A DNA stretch of 64,000 bases. Source: a virus. Its lineage: Duplodnaviria > Caudoviricetes. Position 1 is the first letter of the stretch; each line of letters starts with the position of its first letter. Both the position numbers and the translations under genes were made by a program. The notes under the pieces were generated by a model. That model had not been told where the DNA came from and ran no database searches. It worked only from the letters and a program-made list of their open reading frames with translations. This document shows positions 53,294 to 62,466 of this stretch, piece after piece. The DNA is taken from IMG/VR virus record IMGVR_UViG_3300005937_000008, positions 8,267-72,266 of that record; one strand, 5' to 3'.

Positions 53294-53514
53294 GACGGCT
53301 GCTCCTCGTCCAGCACCGCAAGGACGCGAGCGCCGGTGTCGAAGAACAGGCTGCGCGCGAGGACCCGGATCTGATCAGCGGCAGCCCGGTGGATGCTGGC
53401 GCGGTCGCCGACCGTGTCGACGCAGGCGCAGTGTCCGCCTCCGGGGCGTCCTTCGTGCGTGACCGGGCAGATGCCGGGGTCGGGGGTTCGGCCACAGGGG
53501 CAGGCCACGGTCAC
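53290..53514 (-). CDS. Small Cys-rich hypothetical protein
   Basis: CPCG..C..H..HCAC. Confidence 0.55.
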   Translation of the reverse strand: MTVACPCGRTPDPGICPVTHEGRPGGGHCACVDTVGDRASIHRAAADQIRVLARSLFFDTGARVLAVLDEEQPS

Positions 53515-53981
53515 GCCTCCTCGTCCTGCGGCGCCCCGCCAGTGGACTCCCCGACGGCGGGCGCGGCACAGGTGCGGCACGGCGGGGCTTGCGGCAACTC
53601 CCAGGAGCTGCCCGTGATCAGGTCGTCCTCCGGGTCGATGACGGCGCGCAGGCGGCGGACTTCTTGCACCAGCGCGGGCACGTCCTCGCGGGCGTGGGCC
53701 ATCAGCTCCCAGTCCGCCATGGTGAAGTCGCCGATGTCGGAGCGGTGGAAGTCGTAGTCGCGCGGCTGCTCACCAGTCCGCTTGCAGCGCTCAGCGGCGG
53801 ACCACGTCGGCGTGGGCGTGATCACGGCGGTCACGTACAGGCCGTGGCCGCAGGGGTAGTCGCCGCCGCAGTCGCAGCCTTCCTTGTCGAGGGTCCACGG
53901 GCCGGGGGTGAGGTGCTCGCTGGTGGCGCGGGCTTCGATGTCGTCGAGCTGCTGGTCGGTGGGCGGGGTGTGGTCGTTCAC
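53511..53981 (-). CDS. Phage Ea22-like hypothetical protein
   Basis: QLDDIEARA..TPGPW...AHAREDVPALVQEVRRLR; GGAGG RBS. Confidence 0.7.
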   Translation of the reverse strand: MNDHTPPTDQQLDDIEARATSEHLTPGPWTLDKEGCDCGGDYPCGHGLYVTAVITPTPTWSAAERCKRTGEQPRDYDFHRSDIGDFTMADWELMAHAREDVPALVQEVRRLRAVIDPEDDLITGSSWELPQAPPCRTCAAPAVGESTGGAPQDEEA

Positions 53982-54049
53982 GGTGTCCTCCGGTGTCGTG
54001 TTGTGGTGTCGGGTGATGTCTTGGGCGTGGCGGGGGTCAACGGGCGGCA

Positions 54050-55474
54050 TCAGGCGGCAAGCGCCGGCGCGGCTGCGGTGTGGCGGTCGATGGCTTCGCC
54101 GGTGATGGCTTCGACGAGCGCGCAGACCAAGATCTCGGCCATGTTGGGCGGGACGGCGTTGCCGTACTGCTTGACGCGTTCACGCTTGGAGCCGAGGACG
54201 ATGTACTCGTCGGCGAAGCTCATCGCCCTGCCGATCTCGTGGGGCTCCAACATGCGGAACAGCACGTCGTCGATGTCGACGTCGCCCTCGACGACCGCGA
54301 TCCGCGGATCCGGGGTGACGAGGCCGTGATGGTTCCCGGACGCCGTGACGGTGGCGAGCGCCTCCGTCACAGGCCGGGCCACCGAGCCGCCGCCGCGGAG
54401 TTCAGCGATGAACGGCAGCCACGCGAGGCCGGTTTCGTTGCGGGCCGTCTGGGTGCGCAGCGGCGCCAGGGCGGTGTTCGCCTCTTTGCCGTCACGGCCT
54501 TCGACCGGAACCATCAGCGGCGGTATCCCGAGCCGGCGGCCGTCGACGGGCCGGGCGAAGCGGGTGATGCCGGCCTGGATGCGGGCGAGGGTCTTCGCCG
54601 CGAGCGGCCGGGCCCTGTCGCCGATGCGCTGGCCGGGCAGCGCCCAGTCGATGCACGTCGCCGCAGGCAGCGTCTCCGGCTCAAGCAGCTTGTAGCGGCA
54701 GGCCGAGTTGGGACACCGGTACACGTACTGCTGCCGGTAACGCCCCATGTCGCGGCCCTGCCTCTTGAACACCTGCATGGCGTCCACGTGGCGGTCGCAG
54801 GCCTCGCACCAGGCGCGGGGACGCAGCCACTTGTTCCAGTCCGGGGTACGGCCGAGCGTGCGGTGCCAGTAGGCCACGAACAGGCGATCCCGGCTCTGCG
54901 GCGCCTGGTGCACCGACCGCGGATGCGCGTGCATGGCGTTCAGGGCGATGATCCGGGTCTCGTAGCCGAGCTTGCGGATCTCGCCGAGCCAGCGGTCCCA
55001 CTCGGCCCAGGTGCGGACGTCGACGACGTTCTCGACGATCCCCGCCTTCACGAGGCCACCGCGCTCCTGCACGCCGCGCAGGTACAGCGGCACCTCCTCC
55101 ATCAGCGCCCGCGACTCCTCCTCCGCAGTCGGCTGCTCGTCCTCGGCCGTCTCCTCGAGGAGGGAGAACAGGTCGTACTGCATGGCCTTGTCGAAGTCCC
55201 GCTGCTTGCCCTTCGCCACTGACCAGTTGGTGCACTCCGGCGAAGCCCAGAAGATGTCGGTGACGGGCCAGTCCCACACTGGGGCCTGACGGATGTCGCC
55301 CTGGTAGTGGTCGGTCTCCGGGAAGTTCGCGGCATGCGATTCGATGGCGCGCAGCCAGTGGTTCGCGGCCCGGGTGACGCGGACGCCGGGGACGGCGTGG
55401 ACGCCCTGGCTGGAGCCGCCTGCACCGCAAAACCAGTCCATAACGGACAAGGCGTCATTATCGTGGCGGTACAT
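54050..55474 (-). CDS. DNA cytosine-C5 methyltransferase
   Basis: DWFCGAGG (I), WASPEC (IV), IVENV (VI), QSRDR (VIII), QYGNAV (X). Confidence 0.92.
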   Translation of the reverse strand: MYRHDNDALSVMDWFCGAGGSSQGVHAVPGVRVTRAANHWLRAIESHAANFPETDHYQGDIRQAPVWDWPVTDIFWASPECTNWSVAKGKQRDFDKAMQYDLFSLLEETAEDEQPTAEEESRALMEEVPLYLRGVQERGGLVKAGIVENVVDVRTWAEWDRWLGEIRKLGYETRIIALNAMHAHPRSVHQAPQSRDRLFVAYWHRTLGRTPDWNKWLRPRAWCEACDRHVDAMQVFKRQGRDMGRYRQQYVYRCPNSACRYKLLEPETLPAATCIDWALPGQRIGDRARPLAAKTLARIQAGITRFARPVDGRRLGIPPLMVPVEGRDGKEANTALAPLRTQTARNETGLAWLPFIAELRGGGSVARPVTEALATVTASGNHHGLVTPDPRIAVVEGDVDIDDVLFRMLEPHEIGRAMSFADEYIVLGSKRERVKQYGNAVPPNMAEILVCALVEAITGEAIDRHTAAAPALAA

Positions 55475-56217
55475 CACGCGGCACTTCCTTCGCGGTGGGT
55501 GGCGGTCAGCCCGGCATGCGCGGCGGCGGTGCGGTGTTCGGCCGGCAAGTCGGCGTCGCAGTAGAAGCCGATCGTGAGGTGCATGCCGTGGTCCTCGACG
55601 ACCTTCCACACGGCCGTGCCGGTGCAGGCAGGCCGGCCGTCTCGCTGACGGTGGAAGTTGGTTGTGCAGTCCGCGTAGTCGGTGAAATCGGGCAGCAGCC
55701 AGCCGGCGTCGCGGCGGAAGACCCGGACGATCGGCTCAGGTTCAAGGTCGGCGACCGTGAGCCTGGCAGTGGCGAGCAGTCGCTCGTGCACTGCGGCAAT
55801 CTTCAGCAGGTCGCGGCAGGCGCTGCTGCACCGCTCGACGTTCGGCCGCATCAGGTCGGAGCCGGTGAGCTGGAGTTGCCTTCGGTGCAGCCGCTCGTGA
55901 AGCTCCTCGGCGGTCACCCAGTCGACGTCGGCGGCGGTGAGCTTCGGGCTGCGGGTGCAGGCCCGGAAGTGGCGGCCGGCGACGAGGGTGGCGAGGTTCG
56001 TGTAGTCATCGCGGCGCTTCGACTGCGTCCACAGCCAGCGGGCGAACGTCGGCTTCAGCACGATCAGCGGCAGGCTGCCGTCGCCCGTGCAGTTGTGGGC
56101 GTAGAGGCGGCCGTTGCCGCGGATGCGGATCTCGTCCGGGCAGTCCGGGCAGCGGCCCAAGCGGGGCAGCGGGACGGGGATCGCGGATTGTGACGGGCGG
56201 CCGATCGTGGCGGTCAT
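55474..56217 (-). CDS. Cys/His-rich hypothetical protein
   Basis: CPDC..H.C; CTTNFH...C..C. Confidence 0.65.
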   Translation of the reverse strand: MTATIGRPSQSAIPVPLPRLGRCPDCPDEIRIRGNGRLYAHNCTGDGSLPLIVLKPTFARWLWTQSKRRDDYTNLATLVAGRHFRACTRSPKLTAADVDWVTAEELHERLHRRQLQLTGSDLMRPNVERCSSACRDLLKIAAVHERLLATARLTVADLEPEPIVRVFRRDAGWLLPDFTDYADCTTNFHRQRDGRPACTGTAVWKVVEDHGMHLTIGFYCDADLPAEHRTAAAHAGLTATHREGSAA

Positions 56218-56978
56218 GCAACTTCTCCTTGCTGGGCCTGGTCGGGGTGGGTGTCGTCGTCCTGCACGGCACGCCCAGAGAGCCAGGGCAGGCGGACGAA
56301 CTCGAAGTGCTTCTCGGAGTCGCGGTAGAGCACGGATTCCGAGGTGAAGCCGCAGCCGACGCAGCGGCGCAACCGTTCCCGCTCGACCCAGGAAATGCGC
56401 GCGCAGGCGGAGCAGCGGGTCATCCAGGAGTTGTGGCGGCGGGTCGACGTCCAGTGGACGTAGCCGCCGTGCCGACGAGCGAGTTTCGTCTTTGCCCTGT
56501 TCGGCCAGTGCTGGTAGTCCTCTTCGACCCACGGGTTCATGGGGGTGGGCGGGTGGCCGATGATGACGAGTTCGCCGCCGGGCCACGTGCAGTCGCAGGC
56601 GAGGAGCGGGCAGTTGCAGGCGAGGATCTCGCCGAGTTCGTATGCCTTCTCGACGCGTGGCACTCCGGGGCCTTTGACCTCGAGCCAGGTGCCTATCTCG
56701 GGCAGGTGGAAGTCGGGCAGATACTTCGAACCCGACGGGAGGTCGAAGGTGGTGGGCTCGTACTCCCAGGCGATGTTGAGGGAGTCGAGGGTCGCCGCCC
56801 AGCAGGCTTCGAGGAGGGACCGGAACTGTGTGCCGTGGTAGATCGTCGGGAGAGCTTCGCGGGTCATCTGCCCATCGAGACCGCTGCCGGAAGCGCGCGA
56901 GGAGCGCAGGGTTGCGGTCGCCTCTCGGTCGTCACACTCCTGGATGAGCTCTTCGATGTACTCCTGCCAGTCGTTCAC
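56214..56978 (-). CDS. PD-(D/E)xK nuclease-like protein
   Basis: FRSLLEA.WA, WEYEP, YLPDFHLP, WLEVKG. Confidence 0.8.
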   Translation of the reverse strand: MNDWQEYIEELIQECDDREATATLRSSRASGSGLDGQMTREALPTIYHGTQFRSLLEACWAATLDSLNIAWEYEPTTFDLPSGSKYLPDFHLPEIGTWLEVKGPGVPRVEKAYELGEILACNCPLLACDCTWPGGELVIIGHPPTPMNPWVEEDYQHWPNRAKTKLARRHGGYVHWTSTRRHNSWMTRCSACARISWVERERLRRCVGCGFTSESVLYRDSEKHFEFVRLPWLSGRAVQDDDTHPDQAQQGEVA

Positions 56979-58288
56979 CAGATCGCTCCTGTCTCGGAGT
57001 TGCCGTACATGTCGGCGTCGATGGGGTTGTAGGAGATCCAGGGCCACTTCTCGCCCTGCTTGATGAATCGGGGCCAACTGCGCTCGTCACGCATGCCGCG
57101 CCAGGGAAGGAAGCGCCGGCCGCGGGCGCCGTCGCCGTCTTCGGCGGACTTCTCGTCTTCGACGGGGCGCAGGCCGAACCCGAACTCGGGCCAGCGCATC
57201 CACAGCGACGAGCCGACGGGGCGGAGGGTGCGGTGCTGGCCGAAGCCGTTGTGGTGGGGGCTGTGGGCTTCCATGAAGACGGCGCAGCCTGCGGTGGCGC
57301 GGGCCTCGTCGAGGACGACGGACACTTTGCGGGCGAGCTCTTCGCTGTTGGGGTCGCCTGCGTGGAGCCGGTAGATCGGGCCGATGATCAGCAGGTCGGG
57401 TTTGAAGTCCTCGACGCGGCGCATGACCCACGAGCGGTCCTGCGGCCGGGTGAGGTCGAGGCCTTCGGGCCTGCAGCGGATGTGGAACTGGCCGCGGCGG
57501 ATGGGCTGTTCGAGGCTGTCGGCGGCGGCGAGCAGGGGTCGGTACTTGCGGCGGGAGGCGGACTCACCGTTCTCGCAGTCGAGAACGAGCGTCTTGATCG
57601 GCTCGATGGTCTTCCACGTCTCGAACGGGTGGATGCCCGCGGAGAGGGTGACAGCGATCTGCCGCAGCAGCACCGACTTGCCGCCGCCCTCCCCCGCGGT
57701 GAGAATCAGCCGGTCCATGCGCTCCAGCAGGCCGGGCACGATCCAGTCGAAGGTGTCCTCGTGCTGGACGAAGTCGAGGATGTCCTCGGACGGCATGTCA
57801 TCTTCGTCGCCGGTTCGGTCGCGGAGTTCGCGGGCCATCGACACGGCGCGTTCGATGAGTTCGCTGGTCTCGCCGTCCGGGCTGTAGCCCATCTGCACCA
57901 GGCGGGTGCCGAGTTCGATCAGGGCGCGGCGCAGGCCGCGGTCCTGGACGATGTCCGCGTACCACTCGCCATTCGCGGCGGACGGCACGGCCATGACGAG
58001 ATCGACCAGGTAGGACTGGCCGCCCACCTTGGCGAGTTCGCCGCGGTCTGCGAGGTACTTGCCAAGGGTGATCTGGTCGACGGGCTGGCCGGCGAGGAAC
58101 AGGTCGGCGATGGCACGGTAGATCGCCTGATGCTTGGGCAGATAGAACGCTTCAGCGGCAACAGCGGCGAGGACTTCGGCGCAGGCTCGCGCATCGCGAA
58201 GGCACGCACCGAGAGCGGACTGCTCGGCGGCGACATCCCGAGGGGGAACCCGCTCGAACGGTCCGGGCTCGTCGAAATCGTCGGACAC
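56975..58288 (-). CDS. Replicative helicase: DnaB N-domain fused to a RepA/AAA_25-type motor
   Basis: PPRDVAAEQSALG; AGEGGGKS Walker A; GSSLWMRWPE. Confidence 0.85.
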   Translation of the reverse strand: MSDDFDEPGPFERVPPRDVAAEQSALGACLRDARACAEVLAAVAAEAFYLPKHQAIYRAIADLFLAGQPVDQITLGKYLADRGELAKVGGQSYLVDLVMAVPSAANGEWYADIVQDRGLRRALIELGTRLVQMGYSPDGETSELIERAVSMARELRDRTGDEDDMPSEDILDFVQHEDTFDWIVPGLLERMDRLILTAGEGGGKSVLLRQIAVTLSAGIHPFETWKTIEPIKTLVLDCENGESASRRKYRPLLAAADSLEQPIRRGQFHIRCRPEGLDLTRPQDRSWVMRRVEDFKPDLLIIGPIYRLHAGDPNSEELARKVSVVLDEARATAGCAVFMEAHSPHHNGFGQHRTLRPVGSSLWMRWPEFGFGLRPVEDEKSAEDGDGARGRRFLPWRGMRDERSWPRFIKQGEKWPWISYNPIDADMYGNSETGAIW

Positions 58289-58530
58289 TAGAAGATCCCC
58301 TTCTCGGCGTAGTACTCGTAGCCGGTCTTCGGCTTGGTCCGGCGGACGATGTCCGACGGCATGACGTGCTTGTTGGTCTCGCGGTAGTGGTCGCGCAGTG
58401 CGGCGCAGGCGGCCTCGAATTCGATGTCGTCGAGGACCATCTGCCAGGCGCGGACGTCGGATTCGCCGATGGTTCGCTTGTCGATGCCTGCGGCGATGGA
58501 CAGCAGGTCGGCAGCTTCGGAGAGGGTCAT
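58288..58530 (-). CDS. Helicase loader/inhibitor-like protein
   Basis: Small gene between initiator and helicase; DVRAWQMVL..VMPSDIV. Confidence 0.65.
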   Translation of the reverse strand: MTLSEAADLLSIAAGIDKRTIGESDVRAWQMVLDDIEFEAACAALRDHYRETNKHVMPSDIVRRTKPKTGYEYYAEKGIF

Positions 58531-59441
58531 GCGGGCTCCTGGTTGGCGTGGGCGGCTTCGACGGCGGCGCGTTGCTCTTCGGCTCGGAACTTGGCGGCTA
58601 GGGCTTGGCCGACGGCTACGCGCTCGTCTGCGGTGGAGCGGGCGCTGGGAAGGCGGTGGACGTTGGCCCCGTCCTCGTCGCCGTCACCGATGGCGACCGG
58701 GGTGCGGATCTTGTGCCAGCCGTCGTAGAACCAGCGGCTGCTGAAGGGGGGCTTGCCGGCGTTCCTGGCGCTCTGCTCGGCCTTGAGTGCTTGCTCGATC
58801 ATCAGCGGGATGCCGAGGCGCTGGATGTCGTTGAGCACCCGGATCATGTCGTCGCCGTCGAACCGCCACGGGACATTGATGCCGGCGACGCTCATGGCGT
58901 CCTGGAGGCGAACGATCTCGTCCGGGTAGCGGCTCTCCTCCACACCCCGGACGGCTGGCAGCCGATCTTCGCGAGTAGCTGGGTGGGTGTGGTGGTTCCC
59001 TGACGGTTCCCTTGACGGTTCTACTGATGGTTCGGGTGAACTCTGGACAGGGTTTCGTGTCGCAGAGTTCAGGGTTTCGGTCTCAAAGTTCAGGGTTTGT
59101 GTCGCAGAGTTCAGGGTTTCTCGGGCCGAAACCCTGTCCAGAGTTCCGGGTTTACCGTCGGTAACCCTGTCCAAAGTTCCGGGTTTCGGAATGATCCGGT
59201 AACGGTTCGAGCGGTGCCGGCCACCCCCGTTCTCGACCTCCAACTCCCCCAGGGAGACGAGCTCCCCGACGCACTTACGGACAGCTCGCGGGGTGAGCCT
59301 GGTGCGCTCAGCAAGGTCATCTACCGACGGCCAAGCGAGGCCGTTGTCGTCGGCCCGGTCGGCGAGGGCGAGCATGACCAGCCGGGCCCCATTCCGGGAC
59401 TCGGACCGGGCCCACACCCAGTTGGTGACCTTGATGCTCAC
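58527..59441 (-). CDS. Replication initiator (N-terminal HTH) with internal iterons
   Basis: LVMLALADRADDNGLAWPSVDDLAERTRL...; repeat-coded linker. Confidence 0.85.
   Translation of the reverse strand: MSIKVTNWVWARSESRNGARLVMLALADRADDNGLAWPSVDDLAERTRLTPRAVRKCVGELVSLGELEVENGGGRHRSNRYRIIPKPGTLDRVTDGKPGTLDRVSARETLNSATQTLNFETETLNSATRNPVQSSPEPSVEPSREPSGNHHTHPATREDRLPAVRGVEESRYPDEIVRLQDAMSVAGINVPWRFDGDDMIRVLNDIQRLGIPLMIEQALKAEQSARNAGKPPFSSRWFYDGWHKIRTPVAIGDGDEDGANVHRLPSARSTADERVAVGQALAAKFRAEEQRAAVEAAHANQEPA
59036..59186. repeat. Iteron array, putative origin
   Basis: AGTTCAGGGTTT at 59066, 59087, 59108; AGTTCCGGGTTT at 59142, 59175; AACCCTGTCCA at 59130, 59163, with an inverted copy at 59044. Confidence 0.8.
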
Positions 59442-59599
59442 TGAATCTCTTCTCTCAGGAGGGGTGTCTCTAGGGGTGTTCAGCTGTTTCGGGACAGCCC
59501 TCATGGGGGCGATGCGGTTCGTGGTGCTAGTGATTCGCTCGCCCCTGAATTGTACAACGCGACGGAGATTACAACAGGGCTTGTGTGTATCCTGGTCGC

Positions 59600-59797
59600 A
59601 TGAGTGAGTCCGATGTGGAGCGAATGGGAGTCTCCGACGCACGCGCCAACCTGACCGAGGTCATCGCGAAGGTGCGCCTGCTCGGGCTGCAAGTCGTGCT
59701 CACTCGCCGCGAGAAGCCGCAAGCCGTCCTCGTATCGCCCGAGTTCTACGAGCGCGCCCTCGAGGACCGCGCCCGCCTCCAGTCGCTCGAGAAGTAG
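59600..59797 (+). CDS. Orphan Phd/YefM-type antitoxin-like protein
   Basis: MGVSDARANLTEVI..V...VVLTRREKPQAVLVS; TATCCT 6 nt before the ATG. Confidence 0.82.
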   Translation: MSESDVERMGVSDARANLTEVIAKVRLLGLQVVLTRREKPQAVLVSPEFYERALEDRARLQSLEK

Positions 59798-59822
59798 CCG
59801 CCGCATCTCCCCTCCCCTTCCT

Positions 59823-59841
59823 GGCCCCGCGATGCGGGGCC
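59823..59841. terminator. Hairpin between convergent Phd-like and WhiB genes
   Basis: GGCCCCGC-gat-GCGGGGCC. Confidence 0.6.
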
Positions 59842-59855
59842 TTCGTCGTTGCGGT

Positions 59856-60101
59856 CTAGGCGGCTTGGCGTTGCTGCTGGTCGCGTTGTCGTTTGCTGCG
59901 TCCGCCCCACACGCCGCGCATGGCGAGCCCGTCGAAGTGGTGGAGTGCGGTGGCGTGTGCGTCGCAGGCGGGCTGGACGGGGCAGCGGGCGCAGATGCGT
60001 TTCGGTGTGGCGGTGTTGCCGCCGACGTCGGTTGTCCACAGGTCGGGGTCGGCTTGTGCGCACAGGGCCTGGTCCATCCAGGCGTAGCGGTGGGAGGTCA
60101 T
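59856..60101 (-). CDS. whiB: WhiB-family Fe-S transcription factor
   Basis: C-x22-CxxC-x5-C and GVWGG. Confidence 0.9.
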   Translation of the reverse strand: MTSHRYAWMDQALCAQADPDLWTTDVGGNTATPKRICARCPVQPACDAHATALHHFDGLAMRGVWGGRSKRQRDQQQRQAA

Positions 60102-60967
60102 GCCGCCACCTGCTTCCGTTGCCGTTTGGTGCCGGTGCGCCATTCCTGGACGATCTGGCGGACGGTGGAGATCGATACCTCGTTGTCGAGGCGGTCGTGG
60201 ATCTGGTCGGGTTCGTGGCCGCACCAGGCGAGGTGGATGATTTCTTCGCGGCGGAGGGCGGCCCGATTGCGGAAGCCGAGCGCGTCACCGGGGTCGCCCT
60301 GCGCGTTGGGGTCGTCGATCTCGTCGTCGTCCCATGCGGCTGGCGGCGGCCAGTCGTTCGCTTCGGCCCGCGAGATGGCCCGCGCCTTGCTGTGCACGGG
60401 GACGCCGTGGCTCAGCGGGTCCTCGTTCCACAGCTCTTCGTACAACTGCTTGATGATTCGCGCCGACTTGGCGGTGACACGGTCGGCGTTGAGGATTTGG
60501 TCGACGCGGCGCCGGTGGACTTGGAGACGCACGGCTAGGTCTGCCGCCGGCCAGCCGATGCGCACCAGGGCCTGGATGCGCCGGGTTGTGCCGGTGCCGG
60601 GGATGACCGCGTGGTCGGCGAGATGATCGAGGGCGGGCTGTACCGCGAGGATCTTGCGGGCGATGTTTTCGCGGACGCGCCGCTGTGGGGGTCGCCCTTG
60701 GTGCGAATAGACGATCTTCTGGATGATTGACCGGTTGACCTGGGCGAGCTTGGCAATGCGAACTACGCCCATGCCGTAGGTGCGGAGCATGTTGACGTGT
60801 TCACGGACCGGTTCTGCGTCGACGAACGGTGTCCAGGTGCCGTACCCCTTGAGGCGGTACCAGTAGGCCTGCCGGTTGGCGTGGGCCGTGTTGCATGGTG
60901 TGCAGCGGCAGCCGTGGCGGCGGTAGCCGCTGGGTGTCCCGTGCCAGGTCTCGACGGCGGTGGTCAC
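60098..60967 (-). CDS. Multi-HTH DNA-binding protein
   Basis: HG..SGY..HGCRC..C; MGVVRIAKLA; GTTRRIQALV..GW. Confidence 0.72.
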   Translation of the reverse strand: MTTAVETWHGTPSGYRRHGCRCTPCNTAHANRQAYWYRLKGYGTWTPFVDAEPVREHVNMLRTYGMGVVRIAKLAQVNRSIIQKIVYSHQGRPPQRRVRENIARKILAVQPALDHLADHAVIPGTGTTRRIQALVRIGWPAADLAVRLQVHRRRVDQILNADRVTAKSARIIKQLYEELWNEDPLSHGVPVHSKARAISRAEANDWPPPAAWDDDEIDDPNAQGDPGDALGFRNRAALRREEIIHLAWCGHEPDQIHDRLDNEVSISTVRQIVQEWRTGTKRQRKQVAA

Positions 60968-61164
60968 AGTTCCTCCTCCTCTCGGGGCTGGTTGCGCATG
61001 TCGTCGTGGTGGCGTCGGGCGCCGGGGTGGTTTGCGTAGTGTTCGAGTCGGCGGATGCCGCGGCGGCGTTCGCGGGCGGGCTGGGTGGCCTGCCACCAGA
61101 CGACGGCGATGGCGACGGCGAAGATTCCGGCGGCGGAGAGGGTGTTGGCGAGTTCGGGGTTCAC
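60964..61164 (-). CDS. Small membrane protein
   Basis: TM; LEHYANHP. Confidence 0.65.
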   Translation of the reverse strand: MNPELANTLSAAGIFAVAIAVVWWQATQPARERRRGIRRLEHYANHPGARRHHDDMRNQPREEEEL

Positions 61165-61280
61165 GGCCGCCTCCGGTTGAGGAGCCAGCCGAGTCCGGCG
61201 CCGATGGCGAAGCAGGCGGCGAAGCAGGCTGTGCCGACGGTGAACAGCTGCCAGAGGCTGAGGTGGTTGAGGCCGTCCAT
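61161..61280 (-). CDS. Small membrane peptide (39 aa)
   Basis: MDGLNHLSLWQLFTVG... Confidence 0.55.
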   Translation of the reverse strand: MDGLNHLSLWQLFTVGTACFAACFAIGAGLGWLLNRRRP

Positions 61281-62107
61281 CAGGCGCTCGCCTCCTGGGT
61301 GAAGAGGTCGAGTTGGTCGCCGAGCCGCACGTTGGACCAGAGGACTTCGATGCGGTCGCGGTCGCCTTTGCCGTTGCCGGTGGTGGCGGCGGTCTCGTAG
61401 CGGTGCCAGCCGTCGTATAGCTCGTCGTACAGCGGCGAGTGGTAGCCGGACAGGACGACGGTTGCGGTGCAGTCGGTGAGTGCGGCCGCCAGTTCTCGGT
61501 GTTCGGCCTCGGTCTTCATCTCGTGCCGGTAGTTGCGTCCCCAGCCGCGCGTGCTGCCGAGGTAGGGCGGGTCGACGTAGAGCAGCACGCGGGGCTGCTT
61601 GCCGTATTTGGCGATCAAGTCGAGGGCGGGCAGGGCATCGAGGGAAACCCCGTGCAGGCGTTCGGCTGCGGCGGCGAGCCGGAGGGCGTAGGCCTCGAGG
61701 TAGCCGGGCATCGATGTGGACGATCCAGCGGGGTCGATGTAGTGCCGCCAGCCGGTCTTGCGCAGCGTGCCGGAGCGTCCCTGGGCGAGGCGGCACCAGA
61801 TGCGGCGGGCCAGCTCGAGGTCGTCGTCGGTCGGATCCCAGGTGGCTTCGTGTTCGAGGCGGCTGTGCGGGGTGAGCATGCAGGCGCGCAGCAGTTCGTC
61901 GGGCCGGTCGCGCAGGATCCGCCAGAACACCATGAGTTCGGCGTCGAGGTCGTTGACGGTTTCCATGCGGGACGGCGTCTTGGCGAGGAGCACGGACAGG
62001 CCGCCGCAGAAGGGTTCGACGTAGTGGTCGTGGTCGGGGAGGAGGCTGACGATCCAGTCGGCGATGCTGCCTTTGGCACCGAAGTACAGGACGGGGCTCT
62101 TCATCAC
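61280..62107 (-). CDS. DNA adenine methyltransferase (Dam/D12 class)
   Basis: YFGAK, VEPFCGG, NDLD, YVDPPY. Confidence 0.92.
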   Translation of the reverse strand: MMKSPVLYFGAKGSIADWIVSLLPDHDHYVEPFCGGLSVLLAKTPSRMETVNDLDAELMVFWRILRDRPDELLRACMLTPHSRLEHEATWDPTDDDLELARRIWCRLAQGRSGTLRKTGWRHYIDPAGSSTSMPGYLEAYALRLAAAAERLHGVSLDALPALDLIAKYGKQPRVLLYVDPPYLGSTRGWGRNYRHEMKTEAEHRELAAALTDCTATVVLSGYHSPLYDELYDGWHRYETAATTGNGKGDRDRIEVLWSNVRLGDQLDLFTQEASA

Positions 62108-62466
62108 GCCGCCTCCCGCCTCTGCTCGATGCGGGCGGCGATGTCCTCGATGCGTTCGGCGGACAACTGGTACACCTTGATCGGCTTGCCGTGGGTGGAT
62201 GCGGCGGTCGACGGTTCCTCGCCGATGACCAGCACCTGGCGGGGGTTGCGGCGGCGGACGAGGGAGTGGAAGAACAGGCCGGCTGTGCCGTGGGCGAGTT
62301 CGGGGAGGACGGCGCGCAGGTCGTTGGCGCTGAAGGGGCGTCCGTCGCCGCCGATCGCGTCGATGGCCTGGTTGAGGATCGCGGTGTCCCAGGTGGTGAC
62401 GTTCGCGTAGAGGGCGGCGAGGGCGGCGTTCGCCTGCTCGCGGGCCTCGTTCGGGGTGAGGGTCAT
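62104..62466 (-). CDS. Hypothetical protein (FSANDLR..S..STH.K...Y)
   Basis: ATGA-coupled ORF. Confidence 0.68.
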   Translation of the reverse strand: MTLTPNEAREQANAALAALYANVTTWDTAILNQAIDAIGGDGRPFSANDLRAVLPELAHGTAGLFFHSLVRRRNPRQVLVIGEEPSTAASTHGKPIKVYQLSAERIEDIAARIEQRREAA

